Positions 36,830 to 50,400 of a stretch of DNA of 64,000 nucleotides are shown piece after piece. Both the position numbers and the translations under genes were made by a program. The stretch's first letter is position 1; the number at the start of each line of letters is the position of its first letter. The notes below the pieces were generated by a model. That model had not been told where the DNA came from and made no database searches. It saw only the letters and a program-made list of their open reading frames with translations. The DNA comes from Balanoglossus misakiensis. Lineage: Eukaryota > Animalia > Hemichordata. The stretch lies in contig CM082581.2 of assembly GCA_040954595.2 (NCBI GenBank), positions 5,014,699 through 5,078,698 on the forward strand, in the 5' to 3' direction.

Positions 36830-38417
36830 GTTCGAACCCAGTATCGAGGTACAATGTACCAGTATCGCATGATGCTTCAAGTTCTGTCTACTTGCGGCCA
36901 TCGTGATCATAACAATTGAAATTAATAGATGCCATTGCCTTTCTATAGGTTGTTTATTGTGCGAAAATAAAACGTTTCTCGAGCTTTTCAAATTGTATAC
37001 TATACATGTACTACTTTTCCACTTACATATAATATTTTTAACTGTAGTGTGTGACGCGGCTATTATGAGCCCAAATGTCTGTATTTATCATTGTACGGAG
37101 AATGTTGGTCACTTTTATATTATCGTCATTTAATTATGACTGTTCGGTCTATGTTTTAGTTTCTGTGCTATGACACGCAAATGAAATACATTTTCCTAGA
37201 ACGCGGTTGAAACCCATGTAACCGGGCCTGCAAACCTGAGTTTTTGTGATATTTTGTGGTTTGGCATCCAGAAACTCGGGAGAATCATCTTGTCTTTGGG
37301 GGCATGTGACTTGCCAAAACCCACTGTCGACAATTAAGTGTCGTCCAACTTTAACTCAGAGTATGATTCCCGGTGATTTTAGTGTGATATGGATTTCAAA
37401 ATATTAACGACCCATTCGTACTCAGGCTGACATACACACACATTTTAGGCCTATTTTCCCGACAAAAACATATAAAGCCGTGAAGAAAATTTGTTACACT
37501 TAGTGACTTAGGCCATCTACTGTCTATGCTCAGACCTCCTGGCCTAGCAATGACGTGTTGATAAGTTGTTAAGTTAATGGTGACAGGTTTTGTAAAGAGC
37601 GATTCACACTTTACAGCAAGTAATAAACAAGTCAATCGTCACCATCTGGGACACGAAGAGGCAATTACTGGAGTTCACGCGTGTCTGCTTTGCTGTTGAT
37701 GACCAGCATTCTCTCACGCAGTGGTTTCCCCCCTCCCTGTTTTCGAAATAGTTTGCACCAAGTGCATTTCTATTATCCAAGCGATTTGCATAACAATAAT
37801 AATGTCAAATGATTGTAAAGCCTGAAATTCCTGAGTTTTACACCAATCAATTACGAGCTGGCGGTCACGTGGTGCAACCGTTGTCGTCCATGTTTAGCTG
37901 GTCCTTCGATTTTCGCGATTTCGGAAACCGTATCACGTTCGAAATTGACGATCGTAGGAAGATCGGGAAAGGCGATCGCCGCTCGGTGATGATACAAACA
38001 CACTGGTGGATTTCTGGAGAATATATCGAGGGTCGGTTTGTTGTGAAAACGCGCCTGACAGCCAGGAAACCCTATGTTGACAACATTGAGTCTGGTGTTG
38101 TGTGAGTTGGTAAGTAGGTAAGCAAAAGTTGTTGTGGACCTGCGAGTATTCTGTCGCGATCAGGATGACGTAAGTGGTCTTTGGGCGATCTGATCGGATA
38201 CTTAACTCACAACGTTTTGTACAGTTGACATGCCGAATATCTGTCGCCAGACATACTCGTCGTAATGTAAATCGTGAACTCCAGTTAGAGGCGAACGTTG
38301 GAAGTACTCGTGTTACACCGTACGTACTGCATGGATGCAGGTATAAAACGACATGTCGTACCCTAACGAGAATCATATCGATTGATCGATTGGCTAGTTC
38401 ACACTCTCCGTTCAAAG

Positions 38418-41400
38418 ATGCACCAAACCAGGAGAAAGAAAAAACGGCCAGTTATGGCCAATTTGAAGACAGTCGAAGTGGCCCGGGGTCGGAACGGGTA
38501 CGGGTTCACCCTGTCGGGTCAGTCACCTTGCATTCTGAGTTGCATTCTGAGTGGGAGCCCCGCTGAACAGGCAGGGCTGAAGACGGGCGACTATGTTATG
38601 GCCGTCAACGGCGAAAATGTCGCAAAGCTCTCGCACGAACAGGTGGTGAAGTTGATCGGCGTGTCGACTGCGGTGCTCAGGTTGACTATAGCCGAAAAAC
38701 AGCGGCGTGATCACACCGATTCTTCCGATGACGAGTTCGTAGTCAACCGGCCCAGGCCGAGATCTCACCCCAGGATGAAAACTAGAACGCCGCCGACACC
38801 CACCAACGATTACCAGAACCCCGGCGCGAGTCGGGTGGACAAGGTGGTCGAGGATCTCTTCCGGAGAACTTTGTTCGGAAACGCGATGACATCAGAAGCG
38901 GTCGAAGAACATGACGAGGAGGAAAACGAGAAAAGTGATAGGGATGCTAGGCTTGCTCCAGGTCACCTAAGTCCGTTCAACAAGTCGGGAAAATACGAGG
39001 TTTTCTTGAAGAAACCACAGAAGTTGTACGAACGCAAGGTGTGGACTGGAAAAGGGTTTGATGATGAGACGGGTGCAAAACCTCGAAAAACTAAACAAAA
39101 ATATTCCGAGAGACACCAGATGTCTAAGCAACAGATGCAGTATATTTATCAGCAGCAGCAACAACAACAACAGCAGCAACTTCATCAACAACAACTGCTG
39201 CACCAACAACATATGCAACAGCAGTATGACAGTGGGCGTTTCATGTCGACGCCAGATCCAGCCATGATAAACAGACCGCTGTCACCTTTAGAGGTATCAA
39301 GCATCCTCTATCCGTCACTGCAACCCCACGTCAGCGCCGCTGTACCCCTTGACATTGACCACGAACTGGACGAGGACGATCTGTATTTACGCGTCGTTGT
39401 TGGATATTTAGGGTCGATTGAGATCCCGGCGGAGGCCAATCTTCAGACTGCCAGTTTGCAAGCCATCCGTGGATGTGTTCGGAGGCTCCGGATCGAGCAG
39501 AGAATCCACACGCTCGTGCTGATGGAGATTACCATCCGGGATGTCAGACTCATCACTTCCAACGGCGCGGTTGTTGTGGTGTATCCGGCCGAGAAGTTGG
39601 CGTTCACCGGAGTCTGTCCGGACGATAAACGCTTTTTCGGCCTGGTGACCATGCACGGACTGGAAGACTTGCACGAGATGAACGACATTGACAAGGACAA
39701 TTTTGGGAGTTCTTGTCACGTGTTCATGGTGGATCCTGAAATATGTTCCCACAGTGTCCACGCGAAGAAAGCTGCCAAGTTCGGAATTCAGTGCGCGGTG
39801 GATCCGGAGACCAACGGATGCCGGGAATTTCCACGATCGGCCAAGCCGATTCTTAGGACGCTCGCGAAACTGTACCAAGATCGGCACAACGGTCTGTACG
39901 TCAATGAATTGCAACGCGCTCAGGTATACATGGGTGGGGACTACCCGCTCGATGCAAGGCGAAGCAATAGTAACAGCAGCAACAGCGACAGCGGAATCGG
40001 TTACTGTCGGGATTCGGAGGGAATGAACGGATCGGGGTCCGGCGACCGGGTCGTCGTCGTCGACATCCCGAAAAACGGGCACGAATATTACAACGGGCAG
40101 AGCGCCGCGACCCCGAACAGGCTAGTCGTGAAAGCCGACGTGATGCACAATTCTGACCGTGAGGTCGCGTATTCTCTGTCGTCGTCGTCGGCGAAGTCGC
40201 AGCTGTCGTCGGACCACACGCACAAAAACACAACCGCTGCGGTGGCTGATGCATCGTCGCGACTGTGCCCGCGTGTGCGAGCGCATCCCCAGGAACCAGA
40301 CCGGCCGGTGTCCAGACTAGGTATGCACGTTTACACGGATTCTGTGGACTCGGGCAGCACGCAGGAATCGCTCAACAGAGCGCACCAGAGTTCAGAAAAC
40401 GAATTCACTGATGAACAGCAAGCGATAGCCAGAGCTCCGACAGGATTACCTCCGTCGGGTATCCACAGACATTCCATGTATGCCAAAGTGGATAATTCTG
40501 GCAACAGAAAGGATGCAGCTGAAAGTAACGGAATCGATTCCAGAAGAATATCGGATGGCAGGATATTAACAAAGAAACCGGTGAGTGAATTCCCATATCT
40601 TAAAATCCATATATGGGTAATTTCAGTAAAATTTACTAAACGAACAGTAGCTGAACCTGTCACTGGGCTTCTGATATTTTTCTCATTCTGTATTATTGAT
40701 GGGTGCATCTGTCAAGTTTTCATCTTCTACTGTTTAGATTATCTTCATATGCCCAACATTTGGCTTGTCAACAGGCAGTACTTTGTAAGTATGTATCACG
40801 CATTGTTATAATTGAGAATTGAATTCAGAGATGACTTCACTTCTCAACAACATACCAGTGATGTCTACACACATCCAGGCCTTGTTGTTGCCAAAGCAAA
40901 TGTTGGGAAGAGGAAGAAGAAGACACTCCATAATGTATTTGATAAACAGCATTGAAATACCGGAACATTTATTAAAGGTATCTTGTCCCTTTAATTAACA
41001 GACCCGGTATGATAAGGGTTACGTCAACTGTTCCTGTAGTTTCCTGTATTATTGATGCTTGTCCCATATTGAGTACGCTTACGTGCCGTTTTCACTCTCT
41101 CACTCTCAGATTCCCATAATACAGGTCAGAGGTCAAATATCCTCAGGTGGTAATTGGTATGCAAGTGATGGTGCACATTCATGTCTGAATAATTCTGAAT
41201 GGTTACATTTGAAGTTATGCATGACTGTCGTTCAAAAAAGTTACGCTGCCAGAAATAGTACAAATGCCAAAACAGACCAACTTTCAGGATGTCGCCCGTA
41301 AAAAGCGAGGGGGGGGGGAGAGAGAGAGCAGTCTGGCCATGAAAAGTCAATTGTTATCCGTTACCTGGGATTAAAGTTTAATGTTTCCATCCCAGAAGAC

Positions 41401-44400
41401 ATGGCATGATATGTTACAAACTACAAACACTGAAACTGTGTTTGCCTTCGGGGAACAGCAGAGACGTGCAGTCGACCAATTATACAAGGTGGCAAAACTC
41501 TTGTTGAAACACAGACGCTGTTTTCGTCAAGTATGTCAAGTCGTACGCGCAAACCAGTGAACTTTCACACGTTTTACATTCAGAGCACCCGTTTAGTGTG
41601 CTAGTGAAAGAGTAGAAGGCATCTGAGGCTTATCTCATAGTGTTTTGGAACACAGATGTGTATAAATGCTATGATCACTGATGGAGCACTGTTTCACAGA
41701 CCACGATGACACGTCCTCAACATATGTAACAGTATGTCTGCAAGTGTCAACGCAAGAGATACTAACTCAAACTTGCTAAATACAGCATCATTCAGAGATC
41801 TGACAATGTCAAGGTAAACTTGAAACAAAACTTAAACTCTTTTAGAGTGCTATTTTTATGCAATATTTGTTTATTCGAACAGGTCTGTTTATATTCATAC
41901 TAGTTTAGACTACAGGGAAACAGTGAGTCTATTATTTGTTTGTTAAATCAACATGCTCATTTGAAGCATGAAGTGTCCTGTTGTTCTGTGCTATGCTATA
42001 CACCATGCAGTATGGCCATGCCTGCAATATGTCATCTTTAGTCCTGATAATTGTTTTAGATGAAAATTTAATATGATTGTCATTGTACTTCTTTGTTTAT
42101 ACTTGTACAGAAGCGGGGAATATGTTTGGCTATAGTATACTGATTTGAAAGCGATTGACAGAACAAGTTGAAATAGTATAGGCAATAAGTTGAACAGTGT
42201 CAGAGGTGAACGCTTTGCAGCGAGTGTGTATATGGTTGTCTGTACAAAATGCTTTAAGGGATGAGCTGGGCTCTGCATGTTCAGACAGACAGACTTGGTC
42301 CACATCCAATTTCCTTGGAGCCATCGATCAAATGAACTTTCAAAGGATGAAAATCATTAAGGTAGTTTTATGGGTGTCCTACCTCCGCCGAGAATCTATT
42401 TTGTGAGCGTGACTTCGGCGATCAATTTATGATCTGACAGGTTTTGTGCGAGGTCATTGAGAGGTGGGTACTGTATTGGCGTTTTGCTGACGAAAATTAT
42501 GGCTATTCTTTTGGCGTTTGTTGTTGTAAACTTTAGTTTGGGCCGATTGACTGCCTGATTGTGTATTGGAAACACAGCCAGCATACTTGAGTGCGCAATC
42601 TGGCGTGGGGAAGACGCTGTTGACGTCTCAAGTGGCTGTGGACGTACACGAGAAACCGTTCCTTTTCTGGGAGCAGACTTTTCGCAGACTGTTTATTTTT
42701 GCGGTTCGTGGCTGTCACTTCGATGATTTTTTTACATTCAAGTCGAGTTTAAGGATTAATTGAGCGGCATAACATGGTAGGTCACGCTATTCATTGGACC
42801 TGAGCTCTTGCTGTCACCTACGTGCTGTCCGATTTTATTGTGTGTTAAAATCAGCCTTGAATTGTCTGGTCATCAAGTACAGGAGTTGTCCAAGTTCTCA
42901 CACGAGACCCATTGCTATCCCAATGAGTGTCTTGGGGGTTTGCGTGACAGTTTTATCTGTGCCCACCTTAACGTCAGAACAAAAAGAGCGTAATGGCCAT
43001 AAACGTAAAATATATTACGGCTTCTGTTTTACGTGTATGTTGTGGGCCTTTCATATGTGCTCATGGACGCAACTACAAAATTCTACAGTTCTTGGAAATT
43101 AAGACGATTTAATTATCAAAAATCTAAGTTTCAGTACACATTCTCAAAAAAGATCATATTTGCATCTTTGCAAATTGGCATATATGCGAACATGGTATTC
43201 GTCACCCAACGCAGTGAAACTTATTTTGATTTTTGACCGAAGCACTAACGTTTTAGAATACCATGGCTAGTGTGAATTAAAATCATTCCAGTGTGTGATT
43301 TTTTTCCCTTAGTGTCAACAATAATCAAGCAGACAATTTTTAAAGGAATTTGCTATTGAACATTTTGAAAGGATAAGTACTAGAAGTATGTGAGTGTTTG
43401 AAAGTTATTGTTGTGTTGGAATGGGTCGTTTTTTATGAGTTTTTTTGTTGTTGTGTGCCTTTGTAGTCGTGTCATTGCACTGGGCAGTAAATGATAAGAA
43501 TCCTTCACTAGATGTCCCCTTTACCCTTTCACCTCAGAAAATATACCCATGGCAATAATTATATATCTTTAAAAAAATTGAAATGATTGATATTCAGAGC
43601 GTTATATTGGTTAAACTACCGTTGATAAACAATTTACATGTGAGGTTAAAGAGACCCGATTGGTAAAATGTAACCTGAATTTTTGAAACGCTTCCCTGTA
43701 AAGTTATTGGCTGGCGCTCACCTAGTTCAAGGTACACTGTGTTGTCAGTATAACCAAACAATGTATTGATGAAATCCAGAGACATCTAAGCATACAATAA
43801 TATTATCGTCTCAAATTTTCAGAATGTTACCTAAAAAAACTACACATTTGTCAAATGATGTTGCCAACTTTATCATAAAAAAGTGCTGACTACTAGGGTA
43901 TGACTTTAGCCGACTGAAATATTTTCCATTTTGTCTGTCGTACTGGGTGCACTGCAGTTGCTGTTCGTCGGACAGCCATAAACGTCTTCTTTAGATTGAT
44001 GATGAGTGGCCGGCTAAGACGAATGACTATTGATGTGCTGCAGGGTACAAAGGCTGTCTTGCGAGACAATTCAATCGCATACCAAGAAATCAGCTACCAT
44101 GATAGAGATTCAGCTAAGTCATGTGTCCTATCTACTGGCAATCTTCAGTTGCCAGGGATTTGGTCATCTGTTTGCTGATGGTATTAATAGACAAAAAATA
44201 ATGATGACAAGGATAATTAATTAATATATTTGTTGTTTTTTGTGATGACCAATTAAACTGATAAACCCTTATCTGTTAATATCCCTGTATATACTTGAAA
44301 GAGTTTGAATTTCTGAATTATCTGGTCTGGCTACAAGCGTCAAATTTTTCTGTGGGCTTGTCATAATTTATGACCTTTGCCCTCTAAAACTGCTGCCAAG

Positions 44401-47400
44401 ACAACCCAAGTACTGATCAGGTGGCTTGATTTTTACACAAGAATCAACGGAAAGAATTGCTCGACCCAATTCGGGAAGTGAGGGAATACTTCCAGCAGTT
44501 GTATTTTGCATTCAGCGTTGACGTGTCAATTTACTGGAGAGAAAAAATTCAGTCAAGGCCTCTTTGTTTAACAGTCCAAAGTCAAGTTTGCACACGTGTA
44601 GACCACTTAAGATTCCCCTAGTGATCGATGTACTGATAAATGTTTGTGAACAGTTGAGGTGGGTTCAGTTACATTTGAAACAATCCAACCAAACCTTTTG
44701 CATTCCTACAAAATGTATTCCAAATTCTCTGTATGATCACAGCTTAAAACAATGGTGTGAACATATTTTTGTATTCAAGATGTATTCTTGTAGGACGAGG
44801 GAAAATCTGAAGTATGTGATTTCAAGTGTGAACAGGTTTGTAGTTGGAAAAAAAGAGCTTTTAACTTTAAGAGTGCCACAGCTAACGAACAAATGATCTG
44901 ATGTGGTTTTGCTGGCTATTCTACTGAAAACAATAGTTAGACCGTCTCTTTGTTTTATGAGTTAGTTGTTTGCTGACGAGGTCTTTGTGTTGTAAAGTAC
45001 TTGTTTGCTGTGGTTGTTCATTGTGGTACTCTCAGATGTAAATGGATTCAATTGGATTAAGCAGTCCCCGGTGTTTTTGCATTGACCCATCTTGTAGAAA
45101 TTCTCTGAGGCACATCGATATACATAATGATTAACCAACAGCATGTATAAAGAATTCTCTCCTCAAAAAATAAAACATGATCACCATATATCACTTAACA
45201 TATGTCTATACTGTATCAAAACATAAACTGATATTTTTTCCAAACTCCTTACCAAAAATGAATAAAGAAATTAAAATAATGTGTATTTTTACCAAAATCA
45301 TTGATATTATTTAAGCCTGACTCTAATAATATGATTTTGGTATGTCTATTTTTTGCTGATGCATCACTAATGATATTGTTGCCTTTTGTGTATTGGGGCA
45401 GAATACATTATTTTTTGATTGACAGATAATTATCACAATTTTACTTCCATTCACATTATTGGCATTGTCATGTCCGTAACATATGTTCCTTTGTCACTCA
45501 AACCATGGGTATTAACACGTCACTGAATACGGCCCAGCTGATGTGTTAGGGATTTTCAGGTCTTGGGCCGGGTGTATTTTGTTTCATTGTAATTGTATAG
45601 AAATCATTTTGTATACATTTGTCCAGCAAATTAGAACATCAATGAATTCAGTTATTATCTCAACATATGGAAGGTGTGTTCTGACCGCTTAGTACTTGGC
45701 ATGTATGGTTGGCCCAAGTTCACCTAAATCATATAAAAGTTAACAGGGCAACACAAAGATAATCTCTGTGTCACCGTATTTAATTGCATTTAATGCAGTG
45801 TGTCCTACATGTACTTTTCAGTGAAGTTGCTGTTTAAAAGTTTGTTTAAGTTCAATTTAACTTTCATCACCTAATAAACTGCGGAAATTTCAGATTGTAC
45901 AATGTACCATAGCTAGTAAATGTATGGTGATTATCAATGGTTTGCCTATCCATGATGTCAGTTCAGTTGTTGGGATTCAGAGCTTCATCACAGCTGTTGA
46001 CTGCTATATGCTGGGTGTAGTGTTCAGTAAGAATTACCAAAATCCACAAATATGTTGCAGTTTTCAGTAATCTTTGATAATCTGTGCTGACTGCCAGTTC
46101 ATAAATTATAGTGTGAACTCACAAATGTCATTTTGTGAACTTTTAACTTTAAGATAGTATGGTGTTGTCATGGTTGCAGTTTAATAGTTTACAAGTACCA
46201 ATAGTAGTGTATTTTGGCTGCTATGAGTGAGGAATCATGCCAGCGTTAATTTCAAGAGTACCCATGTTATTGTATGCAAACTTTGATGTGCTAGTTCAAA
46301 AGTCACAATTCAAGTTGAGGAAAATCCAGTCAAGTATCAAATTCCAGGTATATTCTGTCAACACTGCAAGGACTGCCTGTGTCAAGAGACAAATAATTGC
46401 TCAGTCAGTGTATTAGCACCTTGCTTGATGAGTAAACACCGATTGTTTTTGTAACTGTCCACAAGTCTTGATTAGCAGACAATGCTGTTTGTGTACAAGA
46501 AAAGAGAAAATGGACTGTTTGAAAAAATATCAGATCTAGGGTACAATTATCACAGTGCCACGACTTTCTGGTAGGATAATGGCCGCCCTTCTCCCATTCA
46601 GAGTGGAATGTTTGTATTTAGATGTTTACGTTCGCAGAGTTTCAACTTGTTACAGACTTCAACATTTGTACAAGGTGAATTTGTTTGTCCAAGTGCAGTA
46701 GAGTCTAAGTAGGCCGCAGACAGAGTATGCATACCTTTGTCCGTACAACCTCTCCAAACTTGACACCGCAAACGCTTTACGTCCAAATATTTCGCAGTGC
46801 AGTGAGAACTTGTGGGTTTCGCTGTTTTATGACAGAAAAATCGCTTTTTGTACCGCCTTCTTAATTTTCTCTGACAAACTCAGCAGTCTGAAAAATGAGC
46901 ACAAGGTTACGAATAGTCCCACATAAGAATTCCTGCGGATACAGCAGTATGATTGTAAAGAACGTGACGTCTTGATTTAAGAAACACTAAAAATGTACAG
47001 GGCTGACCACCCCATTGGTTGGCCAAGGAGATGGTTTCTAAACCATTGGTGTTGATTATCAACATCGAAACACTGTGAAACACCTGAGGGCTGCAGAATA
47101 AGGTTAGAATGTGTCAAGTAATTACATCACCGATATACACATCTCACCTTCGAGGCTTTGAGTTGTTGTAATTGAAACATACAAGTAAACATATCGATTG
47201 CTACACTCTAATATATACCATGTTGTTATTTATGGTTGATCTGTAAAATAACTGACAAAAAAGCTGTAAATTGACCCACAATACGATAAGAGCAACACTG
47301 AACGCAAGATAGAGGAATCTGCACTTGCCGGACCCCCCTGGAATTAAAACCCTGCCGTGTACACGAGGTCAGAGGTCACGATGGGCTTAGCTGAATTGTT

Positions 47401-50400
47401 CCGACTCCCCTAGACACCACACATTTTACAGTTACCATAGAATTATTACCCCTGAATGTGTAGTGCGTTTCAAAGTAGGATTAGATTAAATAAAAAAAGG
47501 ATTTTGTGTAGATTTTTAATTTTCTAAAGCCTCAGTGGTAGGTTAACTGCGTGTCTGTACGTCTGAGCTGACCATGATTTCAATTCAAGTTCAGTTTCGA
47601 AAAGAAGTCAATCCAATTAAAAAATGCGTAGTCAGCTCATGATACGACCTAATGCAAGTCCTGAAAGGGCTGCGTTCTTTTGTCTTAAGAAAGGGCCCAC
47701 TCGGGGGAATTATAGACTAATCAACAGGGAGCATTCAATGTGAGGTAGGTTGTTTAATTACATGCAGTGCTGGGAAGACTTAAAGAAAGCGATAGTGGGT
47801 GATTTTATGGCGAGCGCTCCACCCATATTGTACAAACAGGACGGGCAGTATGGTCGCAATCAAAACATTGTCAATCACATGAAAATTTATCCGCGTTTGA
47901 ACTCAAACCCAGTGTGCGCTTTTGAGACGCTATTGTCGGCGCTCCCAGGGAGAGAGCTATTGACCGCACGCATAAATTCCAGTTGTTTTTGTCCGCCCAT
48001 TGAGGTGGGGACTGTTGTTGGTGATTTATGCTGTGTTCGGCAATATATTGACCGAAAGAATTCAAATAGGATTTGGCCGCAGACTGTGCTGGTTGCGACG
48101 TTTTGAAGTTGAAAAACCTTTTGGTGAAAAGTTGTTAAAGTGTTAAATCATAGATTAGACATTTCACAGGTAAATGACCGTACTGTACTGAATGAAATAA
48201 GTTTAGGCCTTCATGAGGTTCTTGGAGTCTGATGTCATAGCAAAAAATCTTGTAGCGTTCACATAACATGTCCTTGATAAAGTTGGCATTCGTTATTCGG
48301 AATTTTTTTATCAAAGAACGCAACAACCAACCTGAGATGCACAAAAGAATGCGAAGAAAGGTCATTGTTTATGTTTCCTGTGTTTATCACTTTTCGAGGG
48401 CCATGTCATCTGTCGTCTATTATCGTATCTGACCTTTCCCCACCAAGATAAAATGTTAAATATTCATTTTCTGAACGACGTGTACTTAATTTCTGAAGGC
48501 AGTGAATTTTTTGCTTTGTCACCCTGTTGTGCGAGCTTACACAACCTCTGACAGAATGGAACGCCCCTGCAGCCCCTGTGAATGTAACGCCAAATGGAAG
48601 TTGACATACACATCCAAGTTCCGACAAGTGCGATAATTTCGGTCCTTGTTCGCCTAATGTTATCAAGTTGCCTGCTAGTTAGGGGATATGGATCCTGTAG
48701 ATTGACAAGGTCACATCAGGTCATGCTGGCTCTCTGCGGCGGGCAGTAGATTGGAATGCGTGTTGAAATACAAGTCAACGGTATGAACGTGCCGATATAC
48801 TTGTGTGCACCAATAGTAGAGCATCTGTGCAGGGGTGGTTACAAAATAGGCTGATGTCAAGTTTTTAAGTGTTTTAATGTTTCTAACTTGAACTCAAGAA
48901 AATAAGGAACTTAATGGTCTCAGTGAATGAGACATACTGGGGTGACATGGAGAGTACAAATTGAATATCATAGGTTGTTTCCAGTGAAGCCTTACAAGAT
49001 ATTATAGGGTATCGTAAAACCAGATTCTGGACCCAACAAATCAACCCTCGCACACAATTAGTCTACAAATATAGTATATATACATGTAACTATTTTTTTA
49101 ATTTAAAGTAAATATTAAAATGCCATTGTAAAGAATAATCATGGGTTATCATTAGATAAAATCTGAATTTGACAAGTCAAAAGCTGCAATTATTATCTGT
49201 AAATTGTATTAGATTTACTGCATTGTGACGTGTGTTCTCAGTTAGAAAATTATCAACATAATCTGTGGCTTGTTACTTCATCAGCCGACCGAATCAATCT
49301 TGTTTTATCTATTGAAATTTCAAGGGTTACATCAAAATCAATATGTCAGGTGGTTTTAATGCAGTATAGGGTACATGTTTATTTAAGTTGAAATGAAATT
49401 CGGGGTATCCTCAATTGATTATGTTTTTTTTTTATCACAAAATGATAAAAGGAGTTGATAAAAATCAATTACCACCTGCAGGATTCCACTTCTCAAAACC
49501 AAACAGTCCGGAGTGTTTGAACAGAGTTGTAAATGAACTTAGAAAAGCGCCTTGTCATTTGCACAACTATTGCAAAGCATGTTGGAGCTGTCAAGGTGAT
49601 AGGGCGAACATTCGTCGGTACTGGACTTCAAAATCTCTGAAGTGTATTTAATGATGATTTGTTGTTCTGTACTGTGTGTGCTTCTTGCGAAGTAAAGTCG
49701 GGACGTGTCAAATGAATTAAGTTATCGCTTTACAAGGATTTAAGACGTTTTTGATGTAGTGCGTGGTTACCACTGGTTTGTGGTAACTAGGGAAAGACAA
49801 GGTACAGGGGTATAAATGGGGCTCAGTCGACCTAATCTGTGCTACAATTATACAGCTATTGTAGAGATAAACTTTGACAGCAACAGACCAGCGTGGACTG
49901 TTATCACAGCAGTTTATGTACACCGTTCAACTTTTTATCATTCCCGTACTTTAAACGTGTTTGTCTTCTCAAAGGGGCCGATTTCAGTTTGTTAGGTCGG
50001 AAATACCAGGCTTAGTGGCCGGCTTGAGTCCCTTCGTAATGTCATGAACATACAAAGTATGCATTGTGATTCTTAGTACTGAAAGAGGCTTATGGTGTTG
50101 TGTATTGCAGCGAATGTATGATGTAAATTTGTGAAGTTATACATAAAGATATAGCCCAGTCCCTATGTGTGAAATATTCATTTTCAAGAACATACATGTT
50201 TGACAAAGAGACTAAAATCAGACAAATAAAGTGATTTTCAAAGAGACCAAAAACCAGACAAAGTGATTTTCTTTTTATACCACTCATAACATTCCTGCCC
50301 ACCGTTTATGTCAAATTCGTAAGATTCCATCTGTTAATTATCTGCCAGCTACTAATTGTTGCATTACGGTACCTGTATTGCATAACCAAGGGATATCTCC

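Noticed and set aside
38382-40811. 809-aa single-exon ORF as a complete protein
   Set aside because: It starts at a TTG and reads through the GTGAGT donor at 40581 into intron. The real exon is 38418-40580 of RGS12.
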